Positions 1-13,664 of a stretch of DNA of 64,000 nt are shown one piece after another; the stretch's first letter is position 1, and every line of letters begins with the position of its first letter. Both the position numbers and the translations under genes were made by a program. This stretch comes from Camelus ferus (taxonomy: Eukaryota). The notes under the pieces are model-generated. The model made no database searches, was not told the DNA's origin, and worked only from the letters and a program-made list of their open reading frames with translations. The DNA lies in NCBI RefSeq assembly GCF_009834535.1, contig NC_045696.1:113338001-113402000 (forward strand), given 5' to 3'.

Positions 1-1
1 T

Positions 2-265
<264 letters not shown>

Positions 266-1849
266 ACTGACCGACTCATTCTCATAATTCCAACAGCACT
301 ACTGGGTGTCATGTCATTCCATTGCCTAGCCCTTTTTTTTTTTTTGTTCCTTTATTTCTTTGTGTTGGGAGGGATTGTTTGGGGGTAAAGGGAGGTAGTC
401 CTTGGCGTAGACATGGATGAAATTGCCCCTTGAATGCGGGTACTTGTAACTATTGCATTTTGTTCTCCAGTCCTTTGACATGGATGCTTTGAAGGTTTTA
501 CAGTCGTGGAGGTCAGGTGGGGACAATCATTAATTCACCAGCACCAAGCCATCACCAGCTCCCATCTGTCCCTGGTCAGAGACTCGAGCAAGCAAAATGG
601 CACGGCAGAAGACTAAAGACTTAAAACCAAGACAGTGTGGTCATCTTGATCCAATACTGATTTTTGCAAGGCTCAAGTTAGCACAGCGCAGACAGCCTTT
701 GGTTAAATGTGGCTTTCGGCTTCCTAGGGAAAGATCGGAACATATTTTTTCTGTACAAAAGCATGCTGTTTTCTCTCCTAGCAGCCTAACCTAGAATGTA
801 TAGGAATATATGTTTCCCCCAAATCAGCTGTCCTTTCACTATAATTTTTATAATCCTATGACTTAATTCAAATCATAACAAGGGCGTGACTCAAAGATGT
901 GCAATGTCTGACTGGCTGAAGCCAGCAAAGAAAACGGTTTCCTCCAGTGAGCCCAACGAAATTCAACATCTTCACTAATGTCAGCGATTCAACAGTTTCC
1001 AAAAATTCACATAGTATTACCTCACACTGCAAGAAGGCTTCTTACAGGTTAGGCTCAGAGAAAATTCCCACAAAAATCAAACCTGTTTACAGCATGTCCT
1101 CACTGTTCGGTGACACCAGATTCGTTACGTCCCGAACTCTTTGAAGTTCTTCAACCTGATTGCATCTTTGCTGAGCTGATGACAGATCTCCCTAAGGATT
1201 AAGTCCAATCCAGGAGAGATAACCAGCTGAAATCTGAGCCTTGTTCTGGTGGAATTCTGAGGAGAGAGGAGTGCGGTTACGTTGTACAGCGAAGGAAGCA
1301 CAGAAGGACACTGCTCGAAGAGCAAGAGCTTCCTCACGTCCTGATGGTCTGAGGTGGCTTCCTTCTGGTCATAGCCCCCCAGGCTCTTTGTTGTACTCAC
1401 AGGTGTTTCCTCGGCCCCTTTTCCCTCTGACTCTGAGGGTTGACTATCACTAAACAAAGACTGGTCCAGCCACTGACCCACTCCGTCCCTCTGACAGCAC
1501 TGCCCTGACAGATCTTCAACAGAAAACACCTGCAGACCATGCACACGAACCCTCCCTCCCTCACCTTCCTTTCCCTGCCCAGCCCACCCCTCCAGTGACA
1601 AACGCTGGAGAGGTGTGTGTCCAGAAAGCAGATGGTGCCCCTGATCGCTTCAGTGTCAGAAAATGGGCAAAGAATAAACCCATGCAATTGAATGTATCTC
1701 ATTCTTCACTGGCATGGGGGACATAAACTGCTCCTCTGCCCGCCTTGTACTGCCTTATCCTGGAAGTTATGTGGGAAAATAAGCCATATCAGTGAAACTT
1801 GCCTAAAAACCACATGGATTAATTCTGTTTTTCTAACTGGCCCAGAAGT

Positions 1850-1975
1850 CAGGATGCCTGAGTTCTAGTTTGTGCTGCCAATGGGTAGATTTATGACCTT
1901 GAGTCTTGGGTTTTTTTCACCTGAAATATGTAAGTCATGAACTCCAAAATCTTTCCCATCCTTAATATTGTACCA
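1850..1975. mobile_element. Degenerate MIR fragment in the 3'UTR
   Basis: 'cctgagttctagt...tgaccttgag...ttttcacctgaaatatg' resembles the MIR core. Confidence 0.45.
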
Positions 1976-3216
1976 ATTTCAGGAGGAGGGTGGAATCAGG
2001 TCCTTTTGATGGTCGCTTTCATATTCAGATTTGTGACTTTACATTAGACAGAGATTACGCCCTCTTTACAGTTAAGGAAAGTGTATTTCTGTATTGATTC
2101 AAAATCAGGAGTTGACATAGTACTCATCAGTTATTTAGAGGAAGGCAGGGCGGCCTTGGAAAAAGGAGAGGAACAGCATTAAAAAATGCCAAGTGTGACC
2201 GGAGATAACCTGGGAGGAAATGTATCTATTTAATGTGCTAAAGCAATTATACTGGCTTCTGGGGAAAGAACACAAGAACGGCGCTATGGAACTTGCTAAC
2301 CAGAGACAGGAAGTAGGTGAAGATGTTAAAATTGTGCGCATGAAGTTCACGGGCAGATAACCTGCTCTGACTTATCTACAGACTCTTTTGGGGTTGGTTT
2401 TCTCTAGCAGCCTCTTTAAGGTCCTCACTTTGGTAACATCTCAGCTCCCTCTGTTGACTCTCCTTGGAGAAGTACTCTCTGAAACACAAGTGCTTCAGCA
2501 CCATCTCTGCCCCGGGGTAACTCTGAGAAGCTGTCCACTGTGGGGCACATTTTCCCTCAGAAGGAGAGGAAGGCCAGCAGGCGGGCACTGGAGGTTCAGA
2601 GACCCCTCGGGCAGCAAGTCTCCCCAGGAGAGGCTGCTCAGTTTGTTTGACAGAGATTTCCCCAGAATCGGACACCCCCAGATTCAGTGTGAGTACAGAG
2701 TCTGGTCTAAAGCTGCATCAGAAAGCCTGAGGGATGAACCATGATTGGCCACTGGCCAAATGGCACGGCAGACCTCTGATGACCCAGCCAGCCCCGAATG
2801 CGTGTATGGGTCCTCGCCTCCTTATATGAGTGCCTGAAACAGGCAAACTGTGGATCTCAAAATCTTGTTGAAGCTGGCTATCTCGTGCTGAAGAGGACAA
2901 GCCTTAAAAGTACTTCAGGCTGAAAGGAAAGGCTGTAAGGACTGAAAGGATCACAGCCCCAGTGGTCAAAGTGACTCATTCCTTCCAGAACTGACTGAGG
3001 TACTCAATGCATCTCAAGCCTCCATCCAATTAGACGCGATCAGGAGAGATTTGCTCTGGATTTTTTTTTAATATGTTTTCCTATGTTGTCCAGACTTTCA
3101 AATCAAACGTGGACTGACTGAAACCCCTCACCGTGGGGAGACATCCTAGCAGAAGAGAACACGCCGTACAACTGGGATTCCTATTTATAAATCACTTACC
3201 TTTTGGGGATGAGTGG

Positions 3217-3276
3217 TGTATGTGTGTGTTTGTGTGTGTGTATGTGTGTGTGTATGTGTGTGTGTGTGTGTGTGTG
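3217..3276 (+). repeat. Interrupted (TG)n microsatellite
   Basis: Directly visible. Confidence 0.95.
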
Positions 3277-5296
3277 GCCCTCAAGTGTACTTTGCTCTTC
3301 AATTAGATGTGCAGTGTTTCTAGAAATAGTGAAAAAAGTAAGATCTTTTCGTCTTTATGATTCTGCTCAAAACACCACGTGCCGCCTCCGAGTTTCTCCT
3401 AGTCAAAGGAGCCTCGGTCTTCAGTGACACACTTGCCGTGTTGATGCCTCAGCCCAGTGATGCCCCTCACCTGTGCCCTAGTGGCCCCTCCTCCCCCCTG
3501 CAGTGCAGTCATCCAGGTGGACTGCCAGCCCGGCTCTGCTCCGGCATCACCTGCTCCCTGCCCTTCCGTGAACAGGTGGGCAGGCCTGGCCCCTCCCTCT
3601 TCGACACTAAGTCCCCTGCAGACGCAGCCTCCATGAACTGCTGACGCCCTCAAAGCATGTCACTGTCCATGACCCATTTTTATTCTGCGGAACTCTAACC
3701 CCTTTGTGTCACGTTGACCTTTTGCTGCATGAGTCATAAGATATGACATTGGTCTTAACGGTTTTTGAAATGTAGCCAGCATTTGTAAGGCTAAACCTTT
3801 TTCATAAACTGAATGGCAGTGAATAACCAAGTCACAGTTCCTCTTCAAAAGGACAGTGCTCACAGACATTTGAATTTCTTTGCCTCTTTCCAGTGGCTAT
3901 GGCATCAGGTTCTAAAATAAGCTTGTAATTTTTCCTGTTATTTTAATAATATGGAAATATTAGCATCGTGTTTCTTTTGATAGTGATAGACCATAATCCA
4001 TATTTAAATTTTATAGAGAAGAAATTTTATTGTACTGTGATGTAGATATTTATTATCCAGGTAAGGATTTGCCCGGTGTGTATTTTTTACAATGGAAACA
4101 TTTTACTTTAATCTTTAAAAAAAAAAAATACATTAAAAACACACATACACAAAAAAAAAAAAAAGAGACTAGGGGGAAAAAAAGGTTTGGCCTTATCACA
4201 GAATTTTTACTGTGCTGTACAAATGTTTGCAAATGCAAAAAGTGTGCATTTCTAGTGTGTTTCTACCTTAATTAACGCCGCCTTCCAGAGCAATATCGTG
4301 CAGGTAAAATGCTGTCTGTGGCTTTCTGTTGCACAGTTAAAGCTGACCCACCTTATGCACAAGACAATCAGATATAAATCTGTCCTCAGGATGCGGATAA
4401 TACGCATGTAAATTACGGAGCACAATGTAAGACGAAAGAAGACACTTTAATTACAGGTGTATTGCTGTCACAGAAGACATCAGGGCATGAATGAGCTGAC
4501 AGTATGCCACTTCTTTCTTTCAGTTCTTTCTAATTGGCATTTTTCATTTGATTACAAAGCTAAATTAGTTATCAAGGCTTTCTTCAGAGAAAACACCCTT
4601 CTCCCCGTTGTGTTTTCATGCCCTGAGAAACAGAAAACTACAACAGAACAGGGAAAGATTTATCGTCATCGGAAGATTTGTGTTTTGCAAACAGTGTTAA
4701 GTGATATTGCTAGATTGGAAATATTTTTTTCAGCCTAAAACTCTATTGAAATCTGTGATCAAAATGTTTTAAACTATCCGAAAAGAAAATTTGTATATTT
4801 GGGAAAAAATGGATTTTTACATAGCTTTTGTATGCAGATATTAAATTGTAATTATGACTATCGCGGGCGTAGATAAACTCATAAGCTACAATTCTAAAAA
4901 AGAAAAAAGAAAAAGCTTATAACGGACATAATTTCCTGTCTCTTTCTTTAAAAATTATTATTTTCTAGAATAGGCACAGTGTTGCCGGCTCCTCTCATCG
5001 TGCTGCTTCCAAAGGAAGAAAAACAGGAATGTAAAGGCATCTGTTTCATTAACATCTACTAGAATAAGCAAATTTTCCTAGGAAGGGGGTATGGGGGGAG
5101 GGCGAGAAGTAAAAGGCTAATGGGAGACTATCTCTTTGGAAGGGGCCACATAAATGGGATGAGGAGGGAAGAGTGAAGTTTCTGCAGCCAAAGGGACTAC
5201 ATTCATCTTTTTATCTCAAAATGTTACAGAATAGTATACATGGAATTATACTAACACCAGCTATCAGTATATGTCTCAATCCTCAATTCCCTGAAC

Positions 5297-5880
5297 ACGT
5301 TAGTTAGGACTCTTTCTGTGATGAGGGAGCAGAAAGCTGGAAGTCGAAGTGGCTTAAGTCTGATGGGAATTTATTGTCCCTAATATCTGGAAAGTCCAGG
5401 GGTGAGATGGCGTCATGCATGGCTGGGGGCAGTTACTCAGCACATCAGAACACGCCCCTTTTCTCTCTATACACAGATTTTCCTCTGTACAAATTTCTGC
5501 ATGTAGTGCTCACATAAGCTTTCATCTTATGGCAACCCCCAGTAGCTCCAAGATTAGCTTGACAGCTCCAAACCTGTGGAAAGAGACTTTCCTTTCCCCA
5601 ACGGTTCCCGTAAAAATCCTAAGCCTACTCCTCACTGGCCCAGATGGAGTCACGTGCCCACTCCTGAGCCAATCATTGCGCCGAGGAGGACAGATATGCT
5701 AATGAGCTTCATCTTCTGAAATCCTGGAACTGGGTGGGGGAAGGGAGGGATGACCAACCCCACCTAAACTGGACTGAGAGTTGAGTCAGGAATGGGTCCT
5801 CAAAGAAAATTCTAAGTCTTGCTACTGTAAGAAGTGGGAGGAACAGCAAGCAAGCAAAGGAACAAATGTCCACACCACTA
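5297..5880. mobile_element. MLT1-family (MaLR) LTR remnant
   Basis: Motifs 'ttagttaggactcttt', 'ggcttaag...gggaatttattg' and 'gtcacgtgcccactcctgagccaatca' are typical of old MLT1J/K/L LTRs. Confidence 0.65.
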
Positions 5881-6742
5881 GTTAAGTCTGAAAGCACATC
5901 CATTTTCTGTGCAGCAACAGAGTCTCCTGAACAGAGAGGAAGCTCAGCACAACTGGCCAGGACATGAGCCAAATAAACGCTCCAAAGGAAGTGTTTGCTT
6001 ATATACTACCTTGCTCATGAAAGAGGCCAAGACAGAGGTTAAGACAGAGCAAGCATTTATTATTTCCCTGAGCTAGATCTGTTCAGAGTACCATTTTCTG
6101 AGACTTCCCACTCTCTGCTCAAAGGACTGCGTATAAATTTTATATTTGTCTCTTCTCTACATTATGTACCTCTCAACTCCACCCTAATGAACACATTTCC
6201 TCCCCCAACAAATTACTTAATTCGTTTTCTTTTGGAGAGTTTCTAACACATACATTCCAGCTAGGTCTGGTTCTTAACCCCATGACACAGGCAAAGAAGA
6301 CCCCAAACTAATGGCTTGATTTGGGTTACAGAGTTGGTGTCATGTCACAAACCTGGACAATTCTAATAACCTAGAAGGAAGAGAAGCCTGAGGCCAAAGT
6401 TGGCTCATATTGGTTTCATATTTCATCCTGGTTTCATATTTAGCTACTCAGGGCTTTATAAATAAGTGGAGTTATCATTAGATTCCTGCATACAAGTTCT
6501 GACACATTAAATGTTGTTCAGCTCAAAGCAAAGCTTAGCAGTACTAACTACTGAAGTGTAGAGTGCTACAGATACACTTTGGGTGTGTATCTCTAAGGAT
6601 CCATGAACTATTGGATGAAAATGCTCCATGTTATACTCTTAAAAGACAGAATCCATTTACACCACATACTGGGAAATCATAAATGAAGTCTGTATCAGTA
6701 AAATGGTATTGCCTGAATGTTACATTAAAATGAGAAGAGAGC

Positions 6743-7240
6743 TGTCTTAGCCTGGGTTCCCCAGAAAGCAGAGTTTATACACTATAGTTTTACTGGAGAT
6801 AACAGCTTCAAAGGAAACAGGAATGGAGGGAAGAGAGAACGAGGCAGGGAAGGAGAGTAAAGATCAGGGTGCATGGCTGAGCTGGCCACACTGAGCACAA
6901 ATGACTGCCTGATCCTGCAAAGCCATCTTCCCGGGGCCACATGAACCACTGCATCTCAGGATGGCTCACGTGGGAGTGGGGAAATACGAATTTACCTACC
7001 AGCTCTCACCTCCCACTATCAAAATGGGGTTGACTCCCCTCTGCTAGATTGTACATGCCTAGCCACAGGGCAGCTCCTGTGGTGTCTCATGCTTCAGAGC
7101 AAAAGCAACTCCCCAAGTGGGGAAAGTTGATCTCCACTCCCACAGGTTGGTGACAGCCCAGGTGGCAATGAGGTACAACCAAAGACCCTGGGCAGATAAA
7201 TGGAGCTTAGAGGACCTGCAACGATCTGATACAGGTGTTC
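6743..7240. mobile_element. LTR16-like ERVL LTR
   Basis: Begins 'tgtcttagcctgggttccccagaaagcagag', the recalled LTR16-family terminus. Confidence 0.55.
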
Positions 7241-8988
7241 CTCCAACCAACAAGCTCTACTGATTGTCTGGAAAAGGGGGCACCAGTTCTCACATTCCAG
7301 AGAATCACAGAGCTCAACAACCAGACCTATATTTCACTGTATCATGAATTTGTATGTATAGGAATTTTTCATGTAGTATAAACTGGTCATACAAATTGTC
7401 CACTTGGATACATTTTCATACAGTAGCTGAAAACAACTAAATAAGACTATTCATTTAATTATACGATATTAGTTTTTCTTACAGGAGACTCATGTCAAGG
7501 GCAAGTTTTTTTTTCCATATAAACAGCTGGCTGGAAATTTTGTAGAAGCAAATAGAAAATTTTTTTTCCATACAAAACTTCACTTTGGTGCAAACATTTT
7601 TGGAATCAGTACTATGAAATGTCAAGTCAGATGGTGTTGTAATGAACACTCTTCTTTTTTAGGAAAGAATGAAAACATCATCTTTATTTTCTTTAGACTT
7701 TTTTTTGCACTAATTGCAATGAGGGAGGCAGACGCATAGAGTAAACCATCTTCAAGTTAGCAAATTTGAAAATTCCTGTGGCCACAAATCCCAACAGATA
7801 CAGAGACATGAAAGACACTTCTTACTTTTCACCCTGAATCCCAGAAAGATGCTACAGTCGTATTTGTTGTAGATATGCACATTTATTTGAATTCTAAGGC
7901 TTTTATAATGTTTTGCATTAGCATTTTTAGCCTTGAAGAAAGCTTTTAGGATTTCTTTCCATTACCTGAAGTCAAAGCCAAATAGAGTATTTGTAACAAT
8001 AAATTATTTCAAAAGATAGAGAACCCCAAAACTGGCAAGGAACACTCATTGGTAAATAAGCTGCTTTGTGAGAATTCAGTTGAACATTTCAGGAAATTTA
8101 CCTTCATTTTCTCCAGCACTTTGACAAAAATACCACTCAGGATTTAGTTTCCACTCAAGAGTCCCAGCAGCCACCCCAGAGATTGGGCTGGGTGTTTGTG
8201 CTCCCTTCCAGAGTTCCTCACTGCCACAGTGGAGTGTGTAGTAAGAGCCCACCATGTAATGAACACCATCTCAAAGTCAGGAATCGTACTGGACCCTCTA
8301 CATTGCCTTTAATCCATCACACGTGGAGTAGGTGTGAGCACCCTTATTTGACAGTGGGAGCGTGGAGGCTCAATGTGAATATGCAACGTATCCAACATCA
8401 CATAGCTGACAAGTGTCAGGGCACACAGGGTCCCAAGATCCATGTACCTTTCCACAACCTGCACCAGTAAGACCAGAAGAAAGACGTAGCGCCTGAAGAA
8501 TGAGCAAAGGCAACTCTGCTCTGGAAATGTTTACCACTCCCCTTCCAAAGAGACTCCCCTACCCTAACGCAGAGCACACGTGCATCCTGGTGAACAGCTC
8601 CCTCGCCTCTCATTAGGTTGTGTCTATGGCAAAACCACTCGTTGGTGTTGCAGTAATGAAGAGTGATTTCTCTCTGCACGACCTATTTATAACCCAACTG
8701 ACTTCCAGTGGTGTCAGTCTAACAGGAGGACACATTGTTTCACTAAGCATTTTGGGGTCTGAGTCATTAAGTTTGGGGAGAGCCAAAGTGCTCTACTTAA
8801 TGGAAGGAGAAATTACAGCAATGGAGGTTGAGGGGCTACAGAGAAGATAAAAACAAACACTTAGGTTTCAAGAAGGGACAGCATGCTACAACTCCCTCAG
8901 CTGTAGATAATCAACTTAAAATTGGCAAATGTATGGTGCACGTGAATTTCTTATAGAAATAAATTAAAGGAGATATTCAGCTATCATC

Positions 8989-9050
8989 TTTTTTTTTGGT
9001 ATATGTATACATTTTTATTGAAGTATAGTCAGTTCACAATGTGTCAATCT
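8989..9050 (-). mobile_element. Very short 3' end of a young L1
   Basis: Poly-T then 'tttttattgaagtatagtcagtt...caatgtgtcaat'. Imperfect flanking duplication tcagctatcatc / ccagctagcgtc. Confidence 0.75.
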
Positions 9051-9409
9051 CCAGCTAGCGTCCTGATATGGCACCACAGAACTCCAGAGCAAAGGGGGTC
9101 TTGATACATTATCCCAGAATCCAGGGGGGCCTCCTTTATTTGCTTTCAAAACCTGAAAGAAGAATTTTTCGATGCAATTTCACCCGGCTCTGAAGATAGG
9201 GCTCTAGCTGACATCTGGAAGATACATTTATTTAAGACTGCACATAGACATGAGGCTCAGTTACTAAATGGAAGGTCCTTGTGGAATTTTCCACAGGAAA
9301 GCAGTAAGAGCCTCTCTTATCCAACTTTCACTCTCACCTGCAATTAAAGGAAGACAGCAAAAGTCTGAAGACAAATATTAGCAACCAAGCTCAGATACAT
9401 TAGGGAGAC

Positions 9410-10110
9410 ATTTTTCACAATATTTGCAATGTCTGAAATGTCATGGGATTAATACCAGGAATATACAGGTAGGTTTTTCCAAATCCACAAGAAAAAGACA
9501 TGAAATACAATAGAAAAATAGAATATTCACAGAAGGAGCAGCCCAAATGGCTAACAAGTACAGAGAGAGAGAACCCCACCTCACTAGCAATCAGAAATAG
9601 GCAAATTGACATCGCTTTACACCCACAAATTAGGCAAACAGAAAATACCAAGTGTTAATAAGAATATTAGAAGATGACGACCTCAGATCCTGTTGAGAGT
9701 GTAAATTGCTTCATTCCATTCTTCCTCCTGGCAATGACTCTGCATAACCAGGACTCCATTCCTGGGAACACACCCCAGATTCTCACACAGATCTACAGGT
9801 CATCCTAGCATCACAGATTTTGCAGTACCAGGCAGCTGAAATCAGGCTCAACCAGGGAAGAGGAGAAAAGCACCTGGTGCAGGGCTTCCTACCACGGAAA
9901 CCACTGTAGCAACAGAAACGCTGAACTAGACCTGCCTACAGAAACGTCTGTGAAACAAGACACCACCATACTCCTGATGTAAACCACAACCGCATGCAAA
10001 GGAGCACCATATATTTTATGCGAACCATATGTAACCAAGGACGTATACTAAGCACATTAGACTGGGTACCTACATGGAAGAGACGAAGAGAGAAAATGAA
10101 ATAAAGCAGG
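9410..10110 (+). mobile_element. Old L1 (L1ME-like) 3' fragment
   Basis: Degenerate L1 motifs 'atatttgcaatg', 'caaatggctaacaag', 'cacctcactagcaatcagaaa'. Confidence 0.55.
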
Positions 10111-10964
10111 AGAAGGGTCATGACAGGCTTGTGGCTTTAACCATCATGAAGTGAGGAGGATGATTATCTCAAGTCCTGCACCTGAGGTTCCCCCTAAAAA
10201 ACTACCAAGTCTTAATTATCTTTTCCCTGTCTCTTCCCTAAGACACCCCATGACAGTATTTCCCGTGTGGCTGGTGGGCACTACATGATGAATGTACCTG
10301 GTGAGGCACACCACCTACGGCTTCAGAACCAGGGGGATGAAAGCGGAACAGCCTGGAGATGACCAGGGGAAGGAACGAGAGAAAAGGGTAAAGGTCCTGG
10401 GTGATAAATGGTCTTCGAGCTGCCAAGCCAGTTTTCCCGGGGAACGGCACCTAATGTGAAACTCCAAAACATGAGAGGAGAGACCAGGCTCTGGTGGAAT
10501 GGGTCTATCCGTTCAGCCAGCCCGAAGTCCTCAAAGCAAAATCTGCTTCTAAAGATTCCCTGAATCTCCACCAAAGTTCTGGAAACCTCTTCTCTAGAAA
10601 CCCTTGCATTTATAAGCCAAGTCTGTGATGAGCAAGAAGGACAATGCAAGGTCTAAAAGGGCCAGTGCAGAGCCACTGAGTCTCCTTCACGTGAGTCAAC
10701 AGTCCACAGAGAGACTGGCCTGGACCCAAGGGTAAGCTGCCCGGGACAGGAATAGGAAACCTGAGAGATGGCCTCTGTGGCCACTACTCCTGCCCTAGAC
10801 GTTAAAGCCAAATTAACACACCTCTTTCATTTTTATGAGCCCGAAACCGAATATCCTATTTGTGCACGTAAGTAGGTAAAGCAAATTTAAACTAAACTAC
10901 TTCTCTTTTGAGTTCCTCTAATTCAGAGAGCTTGTGAACAAGGAACCAATCCACTGCAAATGGG

Positions 10965-11260
10965 AATGATCCAAGGGATGGGAACATTCAGCCTGCAGAA
11001 GAATTGGCATTCTAGCTCACCTCCAAGACACCTGCCAGGTGGGACAGGAAATCAACTTGTTCTGGGTTGCTTCGAAAGCACACGAGCCAGAACAAATGAG
11101 TGGAAATGACTCAGATGTTAATACCAGCCCCAAAGAAGAAATAATTCTGTCACAGTCGCACTGTCTAAAGTGGAAGTAGAGAGGACCCCATCACTCGGGG
11201 TGTTCAAGCACAAACTACATCTCACCTGACAACGAGGTGGTACAAAGACTAGAAGTGCCA
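10965..11260 (+). mobile_element. L3/CR1 fragment
   Basis: 'ttcagcctgcagaaga...gccagaacaaatgagtggaa...ccccatcactcggggtgttcaagca' resembles the L3/CR1 3' region. Confidence 0.5.
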
Positions 11261-12679
11261 AAGTGGGTGACCTTGCAGACCTCTGTTCCAGCCCCAGGCA
11301 ACATCATGACCATGTCCTCGGGGGCCTGCTCCCTGCACTTTCCCAGGTTTTAAGCGGTCCTGATGCTATATTTTATGTTCTCCCCAAGGAAACATGCGAG
11401 AGGAACCTCAGTTAGATGCGACTTCTGGTGCCATGTACTTTGAATGTATAATCATTCCCTGCAAGAGCAGATGAGCCAGTAAAATAAAGTCTACCATCTG
11501 TCTCTCGATGTTTTTTTCCAACAATCATCCTACTAATTCCTGAGAAAGACGTCTCTGTGCAGCCACGAATCAGACAGGCTGATTTGAAACCATTACCAGA
11601 GAGAATAATGTGCCAGAATCAAAAAGCAACTCTAAAGGGAGAAAAAAAATATAGCAAATAAATTCTCAGATTGCCTGACATGCTGGGAACATTATGTTGC
11701 CGGTGGTTCATCAGAATTATGTTGAATCCCAAAGTCGTTATTAAGAATCTCCATCATTAGATGAATCTTGGTTTAATTGCATCTGTTGAGACTCTGCACA
11801 CAAGCTGTTTGCCCAAGCACAAATTTATTTTGACCAAATTAGTCTTAATCAGCTCGGCTTGAGTAATGATGTAGCCAAAAATCAGAGCCAACAGACAGTT
11901 TGAAAAGTTTCTCCAGCAATTCATAGATTAGAGAAGAACAGAACTTTTAAAAAAAATATTTTGCAAGAAGTTGATCCCTCTCCTGCATCTCAGAACACCA
12001 TTACTCAGTCTGATTCGTGTGAGCCAAAGTCATGGTTGTCCCCTGGGGGAAGGATTCTGGGGAATGAAAAGAGCGCTGTGGACAAAGAGTCGGGGCAGGA
12101 GGTTTGTACTATTGTGAAGTTCTGCTGTTGCCTCTTTGTTTCCTCTGTGTGGTGTCCTTGTGACACTTTACAGCCAAGAAGAAGCTGATTTTGAATGTCT
12201 ATCAAAAGTGAGCATGATTAGATTCTGGCCACTCTACATTACTGCAGATTATAAGCAAGACTAAAACTGTGCGGGTGCAATTCTTTCCTCCAAAACAGTG
12301 ATTACGAGTCACATATTTACAACAATGGGTGACATCTAGCTTGTCATAAAAACATTTCATTTGCAATGAGCCTCATCATTCTCAGGAATTCCTTCATTTC
12401 ACGTCCAAGTGCCAGCTTCTTTCTCTCCAGAAATAAGACCACACTGTCTCCCGGAAACCATGCACAAATTTATCTCACACAGAAGGGGAAACTGGGGCGG
12501 GAGGAGGGAGCACTTGGCCCCACAATTTCAAAAGTATGGTGTCTGTGGCACATAAATATAAAACCACTGACCCCAGACATTCAGAGAAAGCATATTCTTA
12601 ACTTGAACCCAAGTATCCCTGGGGTTTCTGAGGACATATTCTCAGAAGTAGACAAAATTTTTATTTAAAAACTCTTGTA

Positions 12680-12838
12680 CAGGAAACTATATTCAATATC
12701 TTATAATAACCTTTAATGAAAAAGAATATGAAAATGAATATATGTACGTATATGCATGACTGAGACATTGTGCTGTACACCAGAAATTGACACATTGCAA
12801 TTGACTATACTTCAATTAAGAATACATAAATTTTTTTT
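12680..12838 (+). mobile_element. Short 3' end of a young L1
   Basis: 'actatattcaatatcttataataacc...ctgtacaccagaaattgacac...tatacttcaatt'. TSD-like aaaactcttgtac / aaattcttgaac. Confidence 0.85.
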
Positions 12839-13130
12839 TAAATTCTTGAACTTCTGGTTTCATTGCAGAAGTAATTTCAGAACTTAATATAAAGCCTAGT
12901 TTTGATCATCCAGATCAACTCAAAACCAAATACAAAGTTTCAATCATTCATTTGCACTCATATTTATAGTGCCTTTGATGTCAGGTAATAATACTTTAAT
13001 TGTTGTAAGATAATTAGGACCCCAAAAAAGGATATAGTCCAGGCTTCCCAGATGTGGGGCATCTAGGAACCACTAGAGAGGCATTTGACACATATACAGG
13101 TAAAATTCTTAAAAGAAGATGAATCACAGT

Positions 13131-13664
13131 CCTTTTTGTTTAAGTGAAGTATAATTGATTTACAACATGTATTGGTTTCCTGTGTAGAGCATAGTAATTC
13201 AGTTACACATACATACATTCTTTTTCACTACAGGTTATTATAAGATATTGAATGTAGTTCCCTGTTCTATACAGTATGACCTTGTTGTTTATCTATTTTA
13301 TACCTAGTGGTTTGTATCTGCTAATCCCATTGTATCTGCGAATCCCAAACTCCTAATTTATCCTTCTCCCTCCTCACCCCGCTGGCAACTGTAAGTTTGT
13401 TTTCTATGTCTGTGAGTCTGTTTCTGTTTTGTAAATAGGTTCATTTGTGCCATTTTTTAAGATTCCACATACAAGTGATATTTGTCTTTCTCTGTCTGAC
13501 TTACTTCACTTAGTATGATGATCTCTAGGTCCATTCATGTTGCTGCAAATGGCATTATTTCATTCTTTTCATGGCTGAGTAGTATTCCATTGTATAAATA
13601 TACCACAACTTCTTTATCCAATCATCTGCCAATGGACATATAGGTTGCTTCCAATTCTTGGCTT
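13131..13664 (-). mobile_element. Young L1 3' end (~530 bp)
   Basis: Reverse complement of the 3'UTR seen at 19911-20438; flanked by atcacagt on both sides. Confidence 0.9.

Larger units (their letters stand above)
266..4900 (+). other. THRB: THRB 3'UTR (long; 3' end approximate)
   Basis: Follows the stop codon, is mostly free of repeats and has an AU-rich distal block at ~3650-4900. Candidate poly(A) signals: AATAAA 1673-1678, ATTAAA 4132-4137 and 4840-4845, GATAAA 4872-4877. The cleavage site cannot be fixed from sequence alone. Confidence 0.7.

Noticed and set aside
1125..2744. 100-158-aa ORFs in the 3'UTR
   Set aside because: No recognisable domains or exon structure; lengths are compatible with chance.
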